A DNA stretch of 57,660 nt, taken from the NCBI GenBank assembly GCA_934623455.1, contig CAKTVK010000001.1:1-57660 (forward strand), read 5' to 3'. Below the pieces are notes generated by a model. That model did not search any database. It was not told where the DNA came from and saw nothing but the letters and a program-made list of their open reading frames with translations. This document shows, piece by piece, positions 8,400 to 17,671 of the stretch (within the stretch, counting starts at the first letter, position 1; the number at the start of each line of letters is the position of its first letter). The translations under genes were made by a program, and so were the position numbers. Source of the DNA: an uncultured Eggerthellaceae bacterium. Its GTDB lineage: Bacteria; Actinomycetota; Coriobacteriia; Coriobacteriales; Eggerthellaceae.

Positions 8400-10808
8400 G
8401 TGCTTGATTTAGATACGCTTAATGGTCCGCAGCGCGAAGCCGTGCTTGCCACGCAAGGTCCGCTTTTGGTTTTGGCGGGCGCTGGATCAGGTAAAACACG
8501 CGTGCTTACGTACCGCATTGCCCACATGATCGAAGACTGCGGCGTGAATCCGTGGGAGATTCTTGCCATCACATTTACGAACAAGGCGGCGGCGGAGATG
8601 CGCGAACGTTTGGGGCAGCTTATCGGTGCTTCGGCGCGCGGCATGTGGGTTTCCACGTTCCACAGCATGTGCGTGCGTATCCTTCGAGCAAATGCGCAGG
8701 TCATTGGCTTCACGCAAAACTTCACCATCTATGATGACAGCGATTCAAAGTCCCTGGTCAAAGATATCATGTACAACCTGGAGATTGACCCGAAACGTTA
8801 TCCGGTGAACACGATTCGCGGCAAGATTTCTCAGGCGAAAAACGAACTCATCAACCCGCTTGACTACCAGGAGCAGGCTGCCGACCCCATTACGAAAGTC
8901 ACGGCGCGCGTGTATCTTCAGCTGCAGGAGCGCTTGAAGCAGGCGAATGCGTTTGACTTCGATGACTTGCTGTTCTACACGTATCTGCTGTTCAAACACC
9001 ACGAAGACGTGCTGAGCGCGTATCAAGACCGCTTCCATTACCTGCTTATCGACGAATACCAAGACACGAATAAGGCGCAGTATGAAATCACGCGTTTCTT
9101 GGCGCGTCGCGATAAGAACATCATGGTGGTAGGCGACGATGATCAGTCCATTTATTCGTGGCGTGGTGCGGATATTCGCAACATCCTTGAGTTCGAAAAT
9201 GATTATCCCAACTGCAAAGTGGTGAAACTCGAAGAAAACTACCGCAGCGTGGGCAATATTCTGGAAGCCGCGAACTCCGTTATTGCGCACAACAAGAAAC
9301 GCAAGGAAAAGCGCCTGTTCACGTCGCAGGACAAGGGCGACAAGATTCAGGTTTACATGGCGTCGGACGGCCGCGATGAAGGCGTGTGGATTGCAAGCCA
9401 GATTGAAAAGCAGGTGCGTGCGGGTGCGAGCTACGATGACGTGGCCATTCTGTATCGCACGAACGCCCAATCGCGTTCTTTGGAAGATATGCTGCTGCGT
9501 GCGGGTATTCCGTACCGTATTGTGGGTGGCGTGAAGTTCTTCGAGCGTGCTGAAATCAAGGATCTTATGGCGTACCTCACGCTTATCGTAAATCCGGCGG
9601 ATGACATGTCGGCGCAGCGCGTTATCAACGTCCCGCGTCGCGGCATTGGCAAAACAACTGTTGATCATATTTCTGAACTTGCTTTTGACCAGCAGGTATC
9701 GTTTATGGATGCTGCAGCGCTTGCTGTGGCGGATTCAACGTTTCGTGCCAGCGTGCGCTCGGCGCTGGGTGGTTTCGTGTCGCTGATTGCCGAAGCAAGC
9801 ACCTATGAAGGCGATTTACGCAAGATTATCGAGATGGTGATCGACCGCACGGGCTTGGTTACAGCGCTTGAAGTGGAAAACACCACGGAATCACGCGCCC
9901 GCATTGAAAACATCAAAGAATTCTTGACGGTAGTGGATGAATTTGTGGCAACGCACGACGAAGACGATGCGCTGTTCGAGGCTCCTTCCACCGAAGACCT
10001 TTCCGCCGCCGATGCAGATGCGCTTCTTGCCGCTGATCAGGTAGAAGGTGCACTGTTTGATGCTTCTTCGTTCGATGAGGAAGCGCAGCCTGCACGCACG
10101 TTGCGTGGCGATTCTATGGCGGACTTCCTTGAGTGGGTGCGCTTGCGTACCGATTTGGATGCGCAGACCGAAGACGGCGCAACCGTAACGCTTATGACAG
10201 TCCATGCCGCTAAGGGCTTGGAGTTCGATACCGTGTTCGTGGCGGGCATGGAAGAGACTATTTTCCCGCATATGAATTCATCGTCCGATCCGGCGGGGAT
10301 CGAAGAAGAGCGCCGTTTGGCATATGTTGCTATTACGCGTGCGCGCAAAAAACTGTTCTTGACCTGCGCTGCTTCGCGCCAGCTTTTCGGCAACACGCAA
10401 AGCAATCCCGTTTCGCGCTTTATTGGTGAGATCCCCCAAGAGCTGCGCAAGACTTCCGGTTTGGGTTCCTCGGGCTTCTCGGGCACGGGATACGAAAAAC
10501 GTGGAAGCCGCCGCGGTATTTCCGGCTCCGGCTCCGAGGCAGGCGCGGGCCGCGTATTCGGCACGTCAAGCGCTTCAGGTTCGCGCAGGACGTCTTCTGT
10601 GACGCCGCGGGCAACGTCTGCCACATCGTTTAAGAAAGATGCGGCGAAAATGACGTTTGCGGTGGGTGATGTTGTTGACCATAAGACGTTTGGACGCGGC
10701 AAAGTAACGAAAATCGATGGCGATATGCTGCATATTTACTTTGCGAAGCTGCGTGAAACGAAAAAACTGCTGAAAGATTACGCGCCTATCGTGAAAATCG
10801 GCAGTTAA
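8400..10808 (+). CDS. pcrA: ATP-dependent DNA helicase PcrA/UvrD family
   Basis: Walker A AGAGSGKTRVLT, DEYQDT, and UvrD helicase motifs throughout. The C-terminal segment KTFGRGKVTKIDGDMLHIYF is Tudor-like. GTG start follows GAGGTG. Confidence 0.9.
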   Translation: MLDLDTLNGPQREAVLATQGPLLVLAGAGSGKTRVLTYRIAHMIEDCGVNPWEILAITFTNKAAAEMRERLGQLIGASARGMWVSTFHSMCVRILRANAQVIGFTQNFTIYDDSDSKSLVKDIMYNLEIDPKRYPVNTIRGKISQAKNELINPLDYQEQAADPITKVTARVYLQLQERLKQANAFDFDDLLFYTYLLFKHHEDVLSAYQDRFHYLLIDEYQDTNKAQYEITRFLARRDKNIMVVGDDDQSIYSWRGADIRNILEFENDYPNCKVVKLEENYRSVGNILEAANSVIAHNKKRKEKRLFTSQDKGDKIQVYMASDGRDEGVWIASQIEKQVRAGASYDDVAILYRTNAQSRSLEDMLLRAGIPYRIVGGVKFFERAEIKDLMAYLTLIVNPADDMSAQRVINVPRRGIGKTTVDHISELAFDQQVSFMDAAALAVADSTFRASVRSALGGFVSLIAEASTYEGDLRKIIEMVIDRTGLVTALEVENTTESRARIENIKEFLTVVDEFVATHDEDDALFEAPSTEDLSAADADALLAADQVEGALFDASSFDEEAQPARTLRGDSMADFLEWVRLRTDLDAQTEDGATVTLMTVHAAKGLEFDTVFVAGMEETIFPHMNSSSDPAGIEEERRLAYVAITRARKKLFLTCAASRQLFGNTQSNPVSRFIGEIPQELRKTSGLGSSGFSGTGYEKRGSRRGISGSGSEAGAGRVFGTSSASGSRRTSSVTPRATSATSFKKDAAKMTFAVGDVVDHKTFGRGKVTKIDGDMLHIYFAKLRETKKLLKDYAPIVKIGS

Positions 10809-10878
10809 GCTGTTTTGCGAAAGATGGCGCAGGTTGCGCGGGCGAAATCGATCAGGCAAGCGATAAGGCGGAAAAACG

Positions 10879-11580
10879 ATGCTTTTCATTCTTACGGGCG
10901 TGATGCAAACGGGCAAGACGCGCTGGCTTGAGCGCCTTATTGAGCAGGTACGCGCATGCGACTTGCCTGTCTATGGCGTTGTTGCGCCTGGTCAGTGGAT
11001 TGACCATGGACCAGATGCGCTTGCGGGACAGCGTTTTGAGAAGTTACGGATAGACAACATTCTACTCCCTCAGAATGAGCGGATTACGTTCGCGCGGCGG
11101 CCCGATTTAGCTGAGCGGGATTGCGAAGGGGGCAATGCAAACAATGGGTCGAAGGACGCATTGACGCGCTGTTCGCAATCATCGCAAGCAAAGCTTGGCT
11201 GGGCGATAGATGACGCTGCGATTGACCAGGTGAACGCGCATTTTTGCACTTTATGCGCGCAAGCAAAAGATTGCATGCTTCCCGAAGATATAAAACGAGC
11301 TACGGGCATTACCGTGCAAGCCCCAAAGCACCCTGGCCTTTTAGTGATTGATGAGCTGGGCCCCTTGGAACTCTTGAAAAACGGCGGACTGACTAGCGCT
11401 ATGGATGTTTTATCGCAGGGTCCTTCGCCGCTTTGCGCTCATGCGCTTATCGTGGTGCGCGAGAGCTTGTGCGATACGGCAGCGCAGCGATTCGGCGATT
11501 GCTGGGATGGCGCTACGGCAATTTACCCGAGCGATGCAGCCTGCGACCAGGTGCTTTCGTGCCTTTATGGTAGCAAGTAG
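10879..11580 (+). CDS. P-loop NTPase (THEP1/NTPase_1 or DUF2478-like)
   Basis: N-terminal P-loop LTGVMQTGKT and Walker-B-like LLVIDELGPLEL. Confidence 0.5.
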   Translation: MLFILTGVMQTGKTRWLERLIEQVRACDLPVYGVVAPGQWIDHGPDALAGQRFEKLRIDNILLPQNERITFARRPDLAERDCEGGNANNGSKDALTRCSQSSQAKLGWAIDDAAIDQVNAHFCTLCAQAKDCMLPEDIKRATGITVQAPKHPGLLVIDELGPLELLKNGGLTSAMDVLSQGPSPLCAHALIVVRESLCDTAAQRFGDCWDGATAIYPSDAACDQVLSCLYGSK

Positions 11581-11631
11581 CGCCTCTGCGGCGAAAAGAA
11601 TTTGTTGCCGGTCTCTCGTTCCCGACTATAA

Positions 11632-11659
11632 ACGGACCCAGGACAATTCCTGGATCCGT
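11632..11659 (-). terminator. hairpin between convergent genes; probable terminator of the methyltransferase gene
   Basis: 12-bp stem ACGGACCCAGGA / TCCTGGATCCGT with 1 mismatch and a 4-nt loop. On the minus strand it is followed by TTTATAG. Confidence 0.5.
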
Positions 11660-11684
11660 CAGAAAATGCAATGCTCAGATTTGC

Positions 11685-12629
11685 TTAGATTGCGTTATAC
11701 GTATCAAGCCTCTCAGTGTTCCACGAGATAAAAGCCCAGGTCACCGTACGTGGCTCCTTGAACGTGTACGTCGTTAGGCCCTCTTTTTCGCTTGCGTCTT
11801 CGACGGGCGCATTTTCTACCAAGTTAGTATCAAACCACACCTTCAAGCGCGCTTGCGCTTCAGCTTCATCGTGATCCGTGTTCGCCTTGAGTGCAGCTTC
11901 GAGCATGAGCTGAAGATTCTCCCAGGCTGCCTGCGGCGATTCGTAGGTGTCGTAGCGCGTGCTTTCGATGTAGCGTACCTCGGGCAGCGCGCCGAGCTGC
12001 ATCAGAATGTTTGTGGCGTACCAAAAATCGCGTCCCACCAGGGAATCAAAGCCAATAACGCGCATAATGCGATCATCGCAGCGCGGTGAATAGCTGGTGG
12101 CTAGGGTGATACAGCATTTCCTGCGTGCAATGGAGTTCAAGCGCAGCAGAGAGTTTTTCAGGTCGGACGTGGCAATCGAACGCGACGCAAACGCAACATC
12201 GCACGATTTCGGGAGAATCCCGGCAGCTTCCCAGTCGCCTTCCCAGCTTACTTGCTTCGCTTCAATGTTCGTAAGCCCCTGCTCGGCGGCATCGTTTTCT
12301 AGTCGATCAAGCATGCCGCGTGAGAAATCGGCGGCAAGAACGGGGTGTCCGGCCGCAGCGCAGGGAAGTGCAAGCGCTCCGTTTCCGCAGCCCATGTCGA
12401 AAACGCGTTCACCTGGCCGAAGATCCGCCAATTGCAAAAAGCTCAGCGCATAATCGTTTGGCTTGTCGTTTATGCCGAACGTTTTCGAACGTTCATCCCA
12501 GTAAGAGGCATCGTCTGCCGCTTCACGCTGCGCCTGCAGCTCGCGCCAAACGTGAGCCCAATCGGTTTTTTCCAGCGAGTCAATTGGCGTTGCATGCGTA
12601 GTTTCCTGTACATTTATTTGTTCGTTCAT
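11685..12629 (-). CDS. class I SAM-dependent methyltransferase
   Basis: Motif I VFDMGCGNGALALPCA. ATG 12629 follows AAGGAAAG; the ORF-track start at 12662 is probably over-extended. Confidence 0.8.
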   Translation of the reverse strand: MNEQINVQETTHATPIDSLEKTDWAHVWRELQAQREAADDASYWDERSKTFGINDKPNDYALSFLQLADLRPGERVFDMGCGNGALALPCAAAGHPVLAADFSRGMLDRLENDAAEQGLTNIEAKQVSWEGDWEAAGILPKSCDVAFASRSIATSDLKNSLLRLNSIARRKCCITLATSYSPRCDDRIMRVIGFDSLVGRDFWYATNILMQLGALPEVRYIESTRYDTYESPQAAWENLQLMLEAALKANTDHDEAEAQARLKVWFDTNLVENAPVEDASEKEGLTTYTFKEPRTVTWAFISWNTERLDTYNAI

Positions 12630-12908
12630 CGTATTGCTTTCCTTGTGACGTGTCTTTTGCATCGATGCAGGTATACTTTGCTACGATACCATGAAATTGC
12701 TTATTCACCGCGCTTCTTTATCCTTGACCGACGCATTTATTTTCGGTTAATTATAATTGCTGTGGCGTAATTTGCGGTATTGTTGCGGGTGTCGGCAACG
12801 CAGTGAAGCCGTGCCCATTCAAGGGAAGCCGTTGATGGAGTGGCCTTGTGGTTGCGCTTATTCGACGCGCTTCGATTGTGATGACCTTTCGAATAGAAAC
12901 GAGCAACC

Positions 12909-13580
12909 ATGAACGTTGAACTTCTCTATTGCACGCCTAATCCCGAGCGCGCCATCGCGACTGCCGCGCGTCTTTGCTATGCTCCCGTTGGGGCAAAAAA
13001 GTTGCTGGAAACCATGACGCCTGAACAGGAGAATCGCGTTCTGTCCACCATTTTGGAGTCGGGACATTACTCCACGTTGGAGCATGCGAGCTTCACGTTT
13101 GCGATCGATGGCGTTTCACGCGCGCTTACGCACCAGTTGGTGCGCCATCGCGTTGCCAGCTACAACCAGCAAAGCCAGCGCTACGTGAAGTATGGCAACG
13201 GCATAGAAACGGTCACGCCGGAAAGCGTTTCAGAAAATGCCGAAGCAAAGACAGTCTTCGACGAAGCGATTGCCTCGGTGACGGATGCGTATAAAAAGCT
13301 GCTTGACCTGGGCATTCCTGCCGAGGACGCACGTTTTCTGCTGCCGAATGCCGCCGAGACGAAAATCGTGGTAACCATGAATGCGCGCGAGCTGCTTCAT
13401 TTCTTCAATCACCGCTGCTGCAATCGCGCTCAGTGGGAGATTCGCGAAATGGCATGGCGCATGGTCGAGTTGGTGAAGCCGCTGGCGCCGCGCGTGTTTG
13501 CGAAAGCGGGCGCTCCGTGCGTATCGGGTCCGTGCCCAGAAGGAAAAATGTGCTGCGGCAATCCGTATCCGCGCGCGTAA
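12909..13580 (+). CDS. thyX: FAD-dependent thymidylate synthase ThyX
   Basis: ThyX signature HYSTLEH..THQLVRHRVASYNQQSQRY (RHRxxSxxxxSxRY). Confidence 0.92.
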   Translation: MNVELLYCTPNPERAIATAARLCYAPVGAKKLLETMTPEQENRVLSTILESGHYSTLEHASFTFAIDGVSRALTHQLVRHRVASYNQQSQRYVKYGNGIETVTPESVSENAEAKTVFDEAIASVTDAYKKLLDLGIPAEDARFLLPNAAETKIVVTMNARELLHFFNHRCCNRAQWEIREMAWRMVELVKPLAPRVFAKAGAPCVSGPCPEGKMCCGNPYPRA

Positions 13581-13654
13581 GGTGCGCTGATATTGGGCGT
13601 ATGACCTGTATTTTCAGGATAACACTTTATTTATAAGGAAGCGTAATCGTTTGT

Positions 13655-14896
13655 ATGGCAACTGATAAAAAGGAAAGCGATCTTTCGCGGGCTTTTTCCG
13701 AAGATGGTGCGCTGAAAACCCACGTGGGCGGTCAGGCGCTGCTTGAGGGTGTAATGATGCGCGGCAAGTTCAACTGGGCGGTTGCGGTGCGCACGCCCGA
13801 AGGCGACATCTATACCGAGGAGCACGAACTTACATCGGGGAAAAAGCACGCGTGGATGCGCTGGCCTTTCGTGCGCGGTTGCGTGGCGCTTGTGCAGTCG
13901 TTGATTCTGGGCTTCAAGGCGCTAGAAATCGCTGCGAATCATGCATATGACGACGAGGAAGAAGAAACTGCGGAAGGGGAGTCTGCTGCGCCGATTCTTG
14001 ATGAGGCGCAGACGAACGGCAAACCCGAGACATCCGATGCAGCCGCGGCAATTGACGTTGAACAGGGCGGCGGCCAAAACGCTGAGCGGATTGACGCGCC
14101 GACCGCCGATTCAGAATCAGAACAAGACGCTACGCAGACCGCCGAGCCAGAATCCGAACAAGAATCCGAATCAGCTGCTAATCAAAACCCCGAACAGGAA
14201 AAAGAGCCGTTCTTCGGTAAAGCTGAAATGGCAATTTCTATGGGCTTGGGCTTGCTTTTGGGCGTTGGTTTGTTTATTGTGGCGCCTGCCTTCATCACAA
14301 ACTTCGTTGTAGGCGAATACGATACGTCACCCGTTGCGTGGAATATCGTAGACGGCTTGATTCGCGTGGCGGTTTTCGTGTTCTACATTTGGCTGATTGG
14401 TCGCATGTCCGATATTAAGCGCATGTTCAGCTACCACGGAGCCGAGCATAAAACGATCCATTGCTTTGAGCACGGCCTGCCGCTTACGCCCGAAAACGCG
14501 CGCCGTTTTCCCTGCTTGCACGTGCGTTGCGGCACGGCGTTTCTGATCATGGTCATGATTATTGCCATCTTCGTGTATACCGCTATTCCGCTGAGTGCGC
14601 TGTTTGGCGCCTGGGGTGTTCCCGATGGCGCACCAAAGTTGGCTCTGGTCATTTTGACGCGCATTATCTTCATGCCGGTTATCGCAGGCATCTCATATGA
14701 AATCACCGTGAAATGGGCGGGCACGCACCCCGAAAACCCCCTGGTCAAAGTCATTTTGTGGCCTGGTTTGCAAATGCAGTGCCTGACCACGAACGAGCCT
14801 GACGACAGCATGCTTGAATGCGCTATTGCCGCCATGCAACTCGTCCTTGACCGCGAGTCCGAAGAAGCCCAGAAAGCTCCTGCTGCGAAATTGTGA
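13655..14896 (+). CDS. DUF1385-family membrane protein with an acidic low-complexity insertion
   Basis: GGQALLEGVMMRG.., ..YHGAEHKTIHCFE.. and C-terminal hydrophobic helices. Confidence 0.75.
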   Translation: MATDKKESDLSRAFSEDGALKTHVGGQALLEGVMMRGKFNWAVAVRTPEGDIYTEEHELTSGKKHAWMRWPFVRGCVALVQSLILGFKALEIAANHAYDDEEEETAEGESAAPILDEAQTNGKPETSDAAAAIDVEQGGGQNAERIDAPTADSESEQDATQTAEPESEQESESAANQNPEQEKEPFFGKAEMAISMGLGLLLGVGLFIVAPAFITNFVVGEYDTSPVAWNIVDGLIRVAVFVFYIWLIGRMSDIKRMFSYHGAEHKTIHCFEHGLPLTPENARRFPCLHVRCGTAFLIMVMIIAIFVYTAIPLSALFGAWGVPDGAPKLALVILTRIIFMPVIAGISYEITVKWAGTHPENPLVKVILWPGLQMQCLTTNEPDDSMLECAIAAMQLVLDRESEEAQKAPAAKL

Positions 14897-14914
14897 ACAC
14901 TACAGCATTTTATT

Positions 14915-16243
14915 TTAAATAAATCGTGTCATATAAGTAGGCATGCACGTAATAGAGCCGTCTTTGCGCAGGTCTTTCGTGTACACCAGATAAGCAGCGC
15001 CAACTCTTGACGGATATTTTTCAAGGAATGCATCGAGCGAAGCGTGGGTTTTATATCCAGAGGATTTTACTTCAACAGGGCATATCTTCTTTCCCCGGGA
15101 AAGCACGAAGTCTATTTCGTAATTCCTATTCGCATCCTCTTTAGACCATGTGTGATAAAAAAGACCGTTTCCGCTGGCAACAAGCTCTTGCGCTACCACG
15201 TTCTCATAGACTGCTCCTAGATTGACAGGTAGTCTATCTGCTAAAAGCGATTCGTATATAACGTTTTCGGTTACATCGGCATCCTTGAACATCAAGGTTA
15301 CAAAAAGACCTGTGTCGGCAAGGTAGAGCTTGAATTTCTCGAGATCGATGGTAGCTGACATGCCTACGTTTGGGTCGTCGGCATGATATGCGGCGAGCAC
15401 CGTTTTTGAAGCCAGCAACTCCGCCAGCTCTTCGGGTATGTCAGATGCCTGTCGATTCGAAAGTACGCTGGAAACATGATAGCGAGACGATTTTTTTGCA
15501 AGCTGCGCGGGGATGGCATCGAATAGACGCGAGAGGGCTCCGCTTGGACTTATCTTGTGAAAATCATCTTCGTAAAGGGAGATAATGTCCCTTTTTATCG
15601 CATCAACTTCTGCAAGATTGTTTGTTTCGAGATACGTTTTAACGGCTTGGGGCATTCCGCCCACGAGCATGTAGAGACGAAAATCTCGCATAAGCTTGCG
15701 ATTCGTTTGGTCGCCAAGAGAGAGGTGCGATTCGAAGGCTTGCTGAAGCAGCGGTAGAGTTGCTTCGTCGTCGCAGGCCCAACGGAATTCCTCGAAATCC
15801 ATAGGTCGCATTGGCACCTTACGCTCTTCACTCGGGAGAACAATTCCTTCGATGTTTTTTTTGATAGAGAGAAGGGAGCCTGTTTCAAGATAATCATAAC
15901 GACCATCTGCTACAAGATGCTTTATTGCTTGTCTTGCGTTGGGGCATAATTGAACCTCGTCGAAGACTATGAGCGAGTCTCGTTCAAAAAGGCGAGTATT
16001 GTACTGCAATTGTAATTGCAAAAAAAGGTAATCTAGGTCAGATAGGTCTTCAAAAAGATCGCGTACTGCCTTGGAAGCTCGCGAGAAATCAATGATTATG
16101 TGACTGCGATATTCGTTGCGGGCAAACTCAGCAGCAATCGTAGATTTGCCCACGCGTCGAGCTCCTTCAATAAGTAAAGCTGTTTTTCCTTGTGATGTGT
16201 TCTTCCAGTCAAGAAGTGCTTTATATATTTTTCGCGTAAACAT
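14915..16243 (-). CDS. AAA-family ATPase fused to a DUF4143 / PD-(D/E)xK nuclease-like C-terminal domain (COG1373-type)
   Basis: Walker A GARRVGKST, Walker-B-like LIVFDEVQ, and a C-terminal nuclease-like motif YEIDFVLSRGKKICPVEVKSSG (D..ExK). Confidence 0.8.
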   Translation of the reverse strand: MFTRKIYKALLDWKNTSQGKTALLIEGARRVGKSTIAAEFARNEYRSHIIIDFSRASKAVRDLFEDLSDLDYLFLQLQLQYNTRLFERDSLIVFDEVQLCPNARQAIKHLVADGRYDYLETGSLLSIKKNIEGIVLPSEERKVPMRPMDFEEFRWACDDEATLPLLQQAFESHLSLGDQTNRKLMRDFRLYMLVGGMPQAVKTYLETNNLAEVDAIKRDIISLYEDDFHKISPSGALSRLFDAIPAQLAKKSSRYHVSSVLSNRQASDIPEELAELLASKTVLAAYHADDPNVGMSATIDLEKFKLYLADTGLFVTLMFKDADVTENVIYESLLADRLPVNLGAVYENVVAQELVASGNGLFYHTWSKEDANRNYEIDFVLSRGKKICPVEVKSSGYKTHASLDAFLEKYPSRVGAAYLVYTKDLRKDGSITCMPTYMTRFI

Positions 16244-16262
16244 ACAATTTACCTGCGCTTTT

Positions 16263-16346
16263 CCGAAATCCGCACTTTTTATATAGACAATTATACCGAA
16301 ATCCGCACTTTTTATTTAGCTGATTAACCCGAAATCCGCACTTTTT
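16263..16346. repeat. three identical 18-bp direct repeats CCGAAATCCGCACTTTTT with 33-bp periodicity, in the promoter/leader of the ATPase gene
   Basis: Copies lie at 16263-16280, 16296-16313 and 16329-16346. A perfect minus-strand TATAAT (16290-16295) sits between copies 1 and 2. Confidence 0.9.
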
Positions 16347-16395
16347 GAAGATAGCGTGTCTACCAAAATGACTTTTGCATCTCGAAAAGCTGCCG

Positions 16396-17313
16396 TTACT
16401 TATCGGTCTGGATAAGGGCTTCTTGGGGGTCGATGTTGCGCAGCAGGGAAGAGTTGTCGAAGAGCGCGGAACATATGAGATCTTCCCGATTGAGTTCGTT
16501 GCATTTGAATCCAAGCAGATTTTCGCAGAACGCAACTAGATAACGGTCATCAGGGAAAATGCCAGCCGCTGCGTTTCGGTACATCGCCCGAACAAGTGCA
16601 TCGCGATAGTAGCGCGCATGTTGAGCAAACGGCTCGTTTTCAACCTGAAATCCCAGATAGTTTAGATAGAGCTCGGAGAACACAGCGATAGTGCGCGTGT
16701 TTCCTTCATAGAAGGGGTGGATTTGCCACAAGAAGCTCATAGTATGGCAAAAGCTTTTCAGCTCATCGTTGGTAAACGCTCCATACGACTTTGCGGCTTC
16801 ACTTGCGAATGCACCCTTTAAGGACATGTCGTATGTCAAGGGATCTGCATATAGAACGCTGTCGCCGTTAAGAATTTCTTCCTGTTTTATCGTGCGCTCT
16901 GTTTTGAATCTGCCAGCATGGTAAACAGCCTGGTCAAGGTCTTGGAAAAGATAACGATGGATATCAACAAGCATTTCTGGTGCAAGATAGAATGCACCGC
17001 GCGCAAGCAGTTCGACAATGCGCTGGCTTACCAAGTCGGCCTCTTCGAAGTCTTTGTGGCTGTCGCTTTCGACACCGCCTTTCCACCCATCGCTTTTGGC
17101 GGAATGGTAAGTGCGAATAAGCCCTCCCACGTCTTCGAGTGATTTTTCACCTGAAATATAAGATTGCGCCTGGTCTTCCAGATACTTTGACACATGCAGC
17201 CCGTCAACGGCTTGCAAACCAATAGCAACCGCCCAATAATGCTTGCGCTGGGCTTCTGAGGTGTGCTCCGCAGGACGCAGGTAAGCGAAGTTATCAAGGC
17301 TATCGGCAGACAT
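16396..17313 (-). CDS. Fic/Fido-domain protein with an N-terminal VbhA-like segment and a non-canonical active-site motif
   Basis: Fic motif region IHPFYEGNTRTIAV, compared with canonical HPFx(D/E)GNGRxxR. The N-terminus YWAVAIGLQAVDGLHVSKYL resembles the VbhA antitoxin-like helix. Confidence 0.8.
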   Translation of the reverse strand: MSADSLDNFAYLRPAEHTSEAQRKHYWAVAIGLQAVDGLHVSKYLEDQAQSYISGEKSLEDVGGLIRTYHSAKSDGWKGGVESDSHKDFEEADLVSQRIVELLARGAFYLAPEMLVDIHRYLFQDLDQAVYHAGRFKTERTIKQEEILNGDSVLYADPLTYDMSLKGAFASEAAKSYGAFTNDELKSFCHTMSFLWQIHPFYEGNTRTIAVFSELYLNYLGFQVENEPFAQHARYYRDALVRAMYRNAAAGIFPDDRYLVAFCENLLGFKCNELNREDLICSALFDNSSLLRNIDPQEALIQTDK

Positions 17314-17671
17314 GCAGGCTCCTTACGTATCCAGGGGTCAACTTCTTATACTTGCAAAGATTTTAGCGCATTCCCTGCTTGAGGATCAGTTTTCGATAAA
17401 AAGACCCTTCTCTTCCAAGGCTTTTCGAGCATGCGATTTTTAGCGTGGATTTGGCGGAAGAAGTACAGATTCATGACAAATCCCGATAACAATTGAGCGA
17501 CAGCGCAAAAAATCGTGTATCCTTACGAAGCGTGCTGGAGCTCTTGCGCCTTTTGGCATGAGAAACTGCCCAGCAACGCATGAAAGAAGATCCCCGCACA
17601 CGTTAATAAACAAGGGGTTTCGTGTGAAGGCGCGGGCTGAGAGATGCCCGCATGAGACAAAGGAGCGCCAC

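Noticed and set aside
12630-12908. Riboswitch (THF or ZTP type) in the 280-bp divergent region upstream of thyX.
   Set aside because: I recognised no conserved riboswitch core. The TATAAT at 12752-12757 lacks a properly spaced -35. The evidence is insufficient to report.
16221-16535. 104-aa ORF containing the thrice-repeated peptide KKCGFR. A mini-CRISPR array was also considered for the same region.
   Set aside because: The peptide repeat is only the translation of the 18-bp DNA repeats in an intergenic promoter. With 18-bp repeats, 15-bp spacers, three copies and no cas genes, the region does not fit a CRISPR array.
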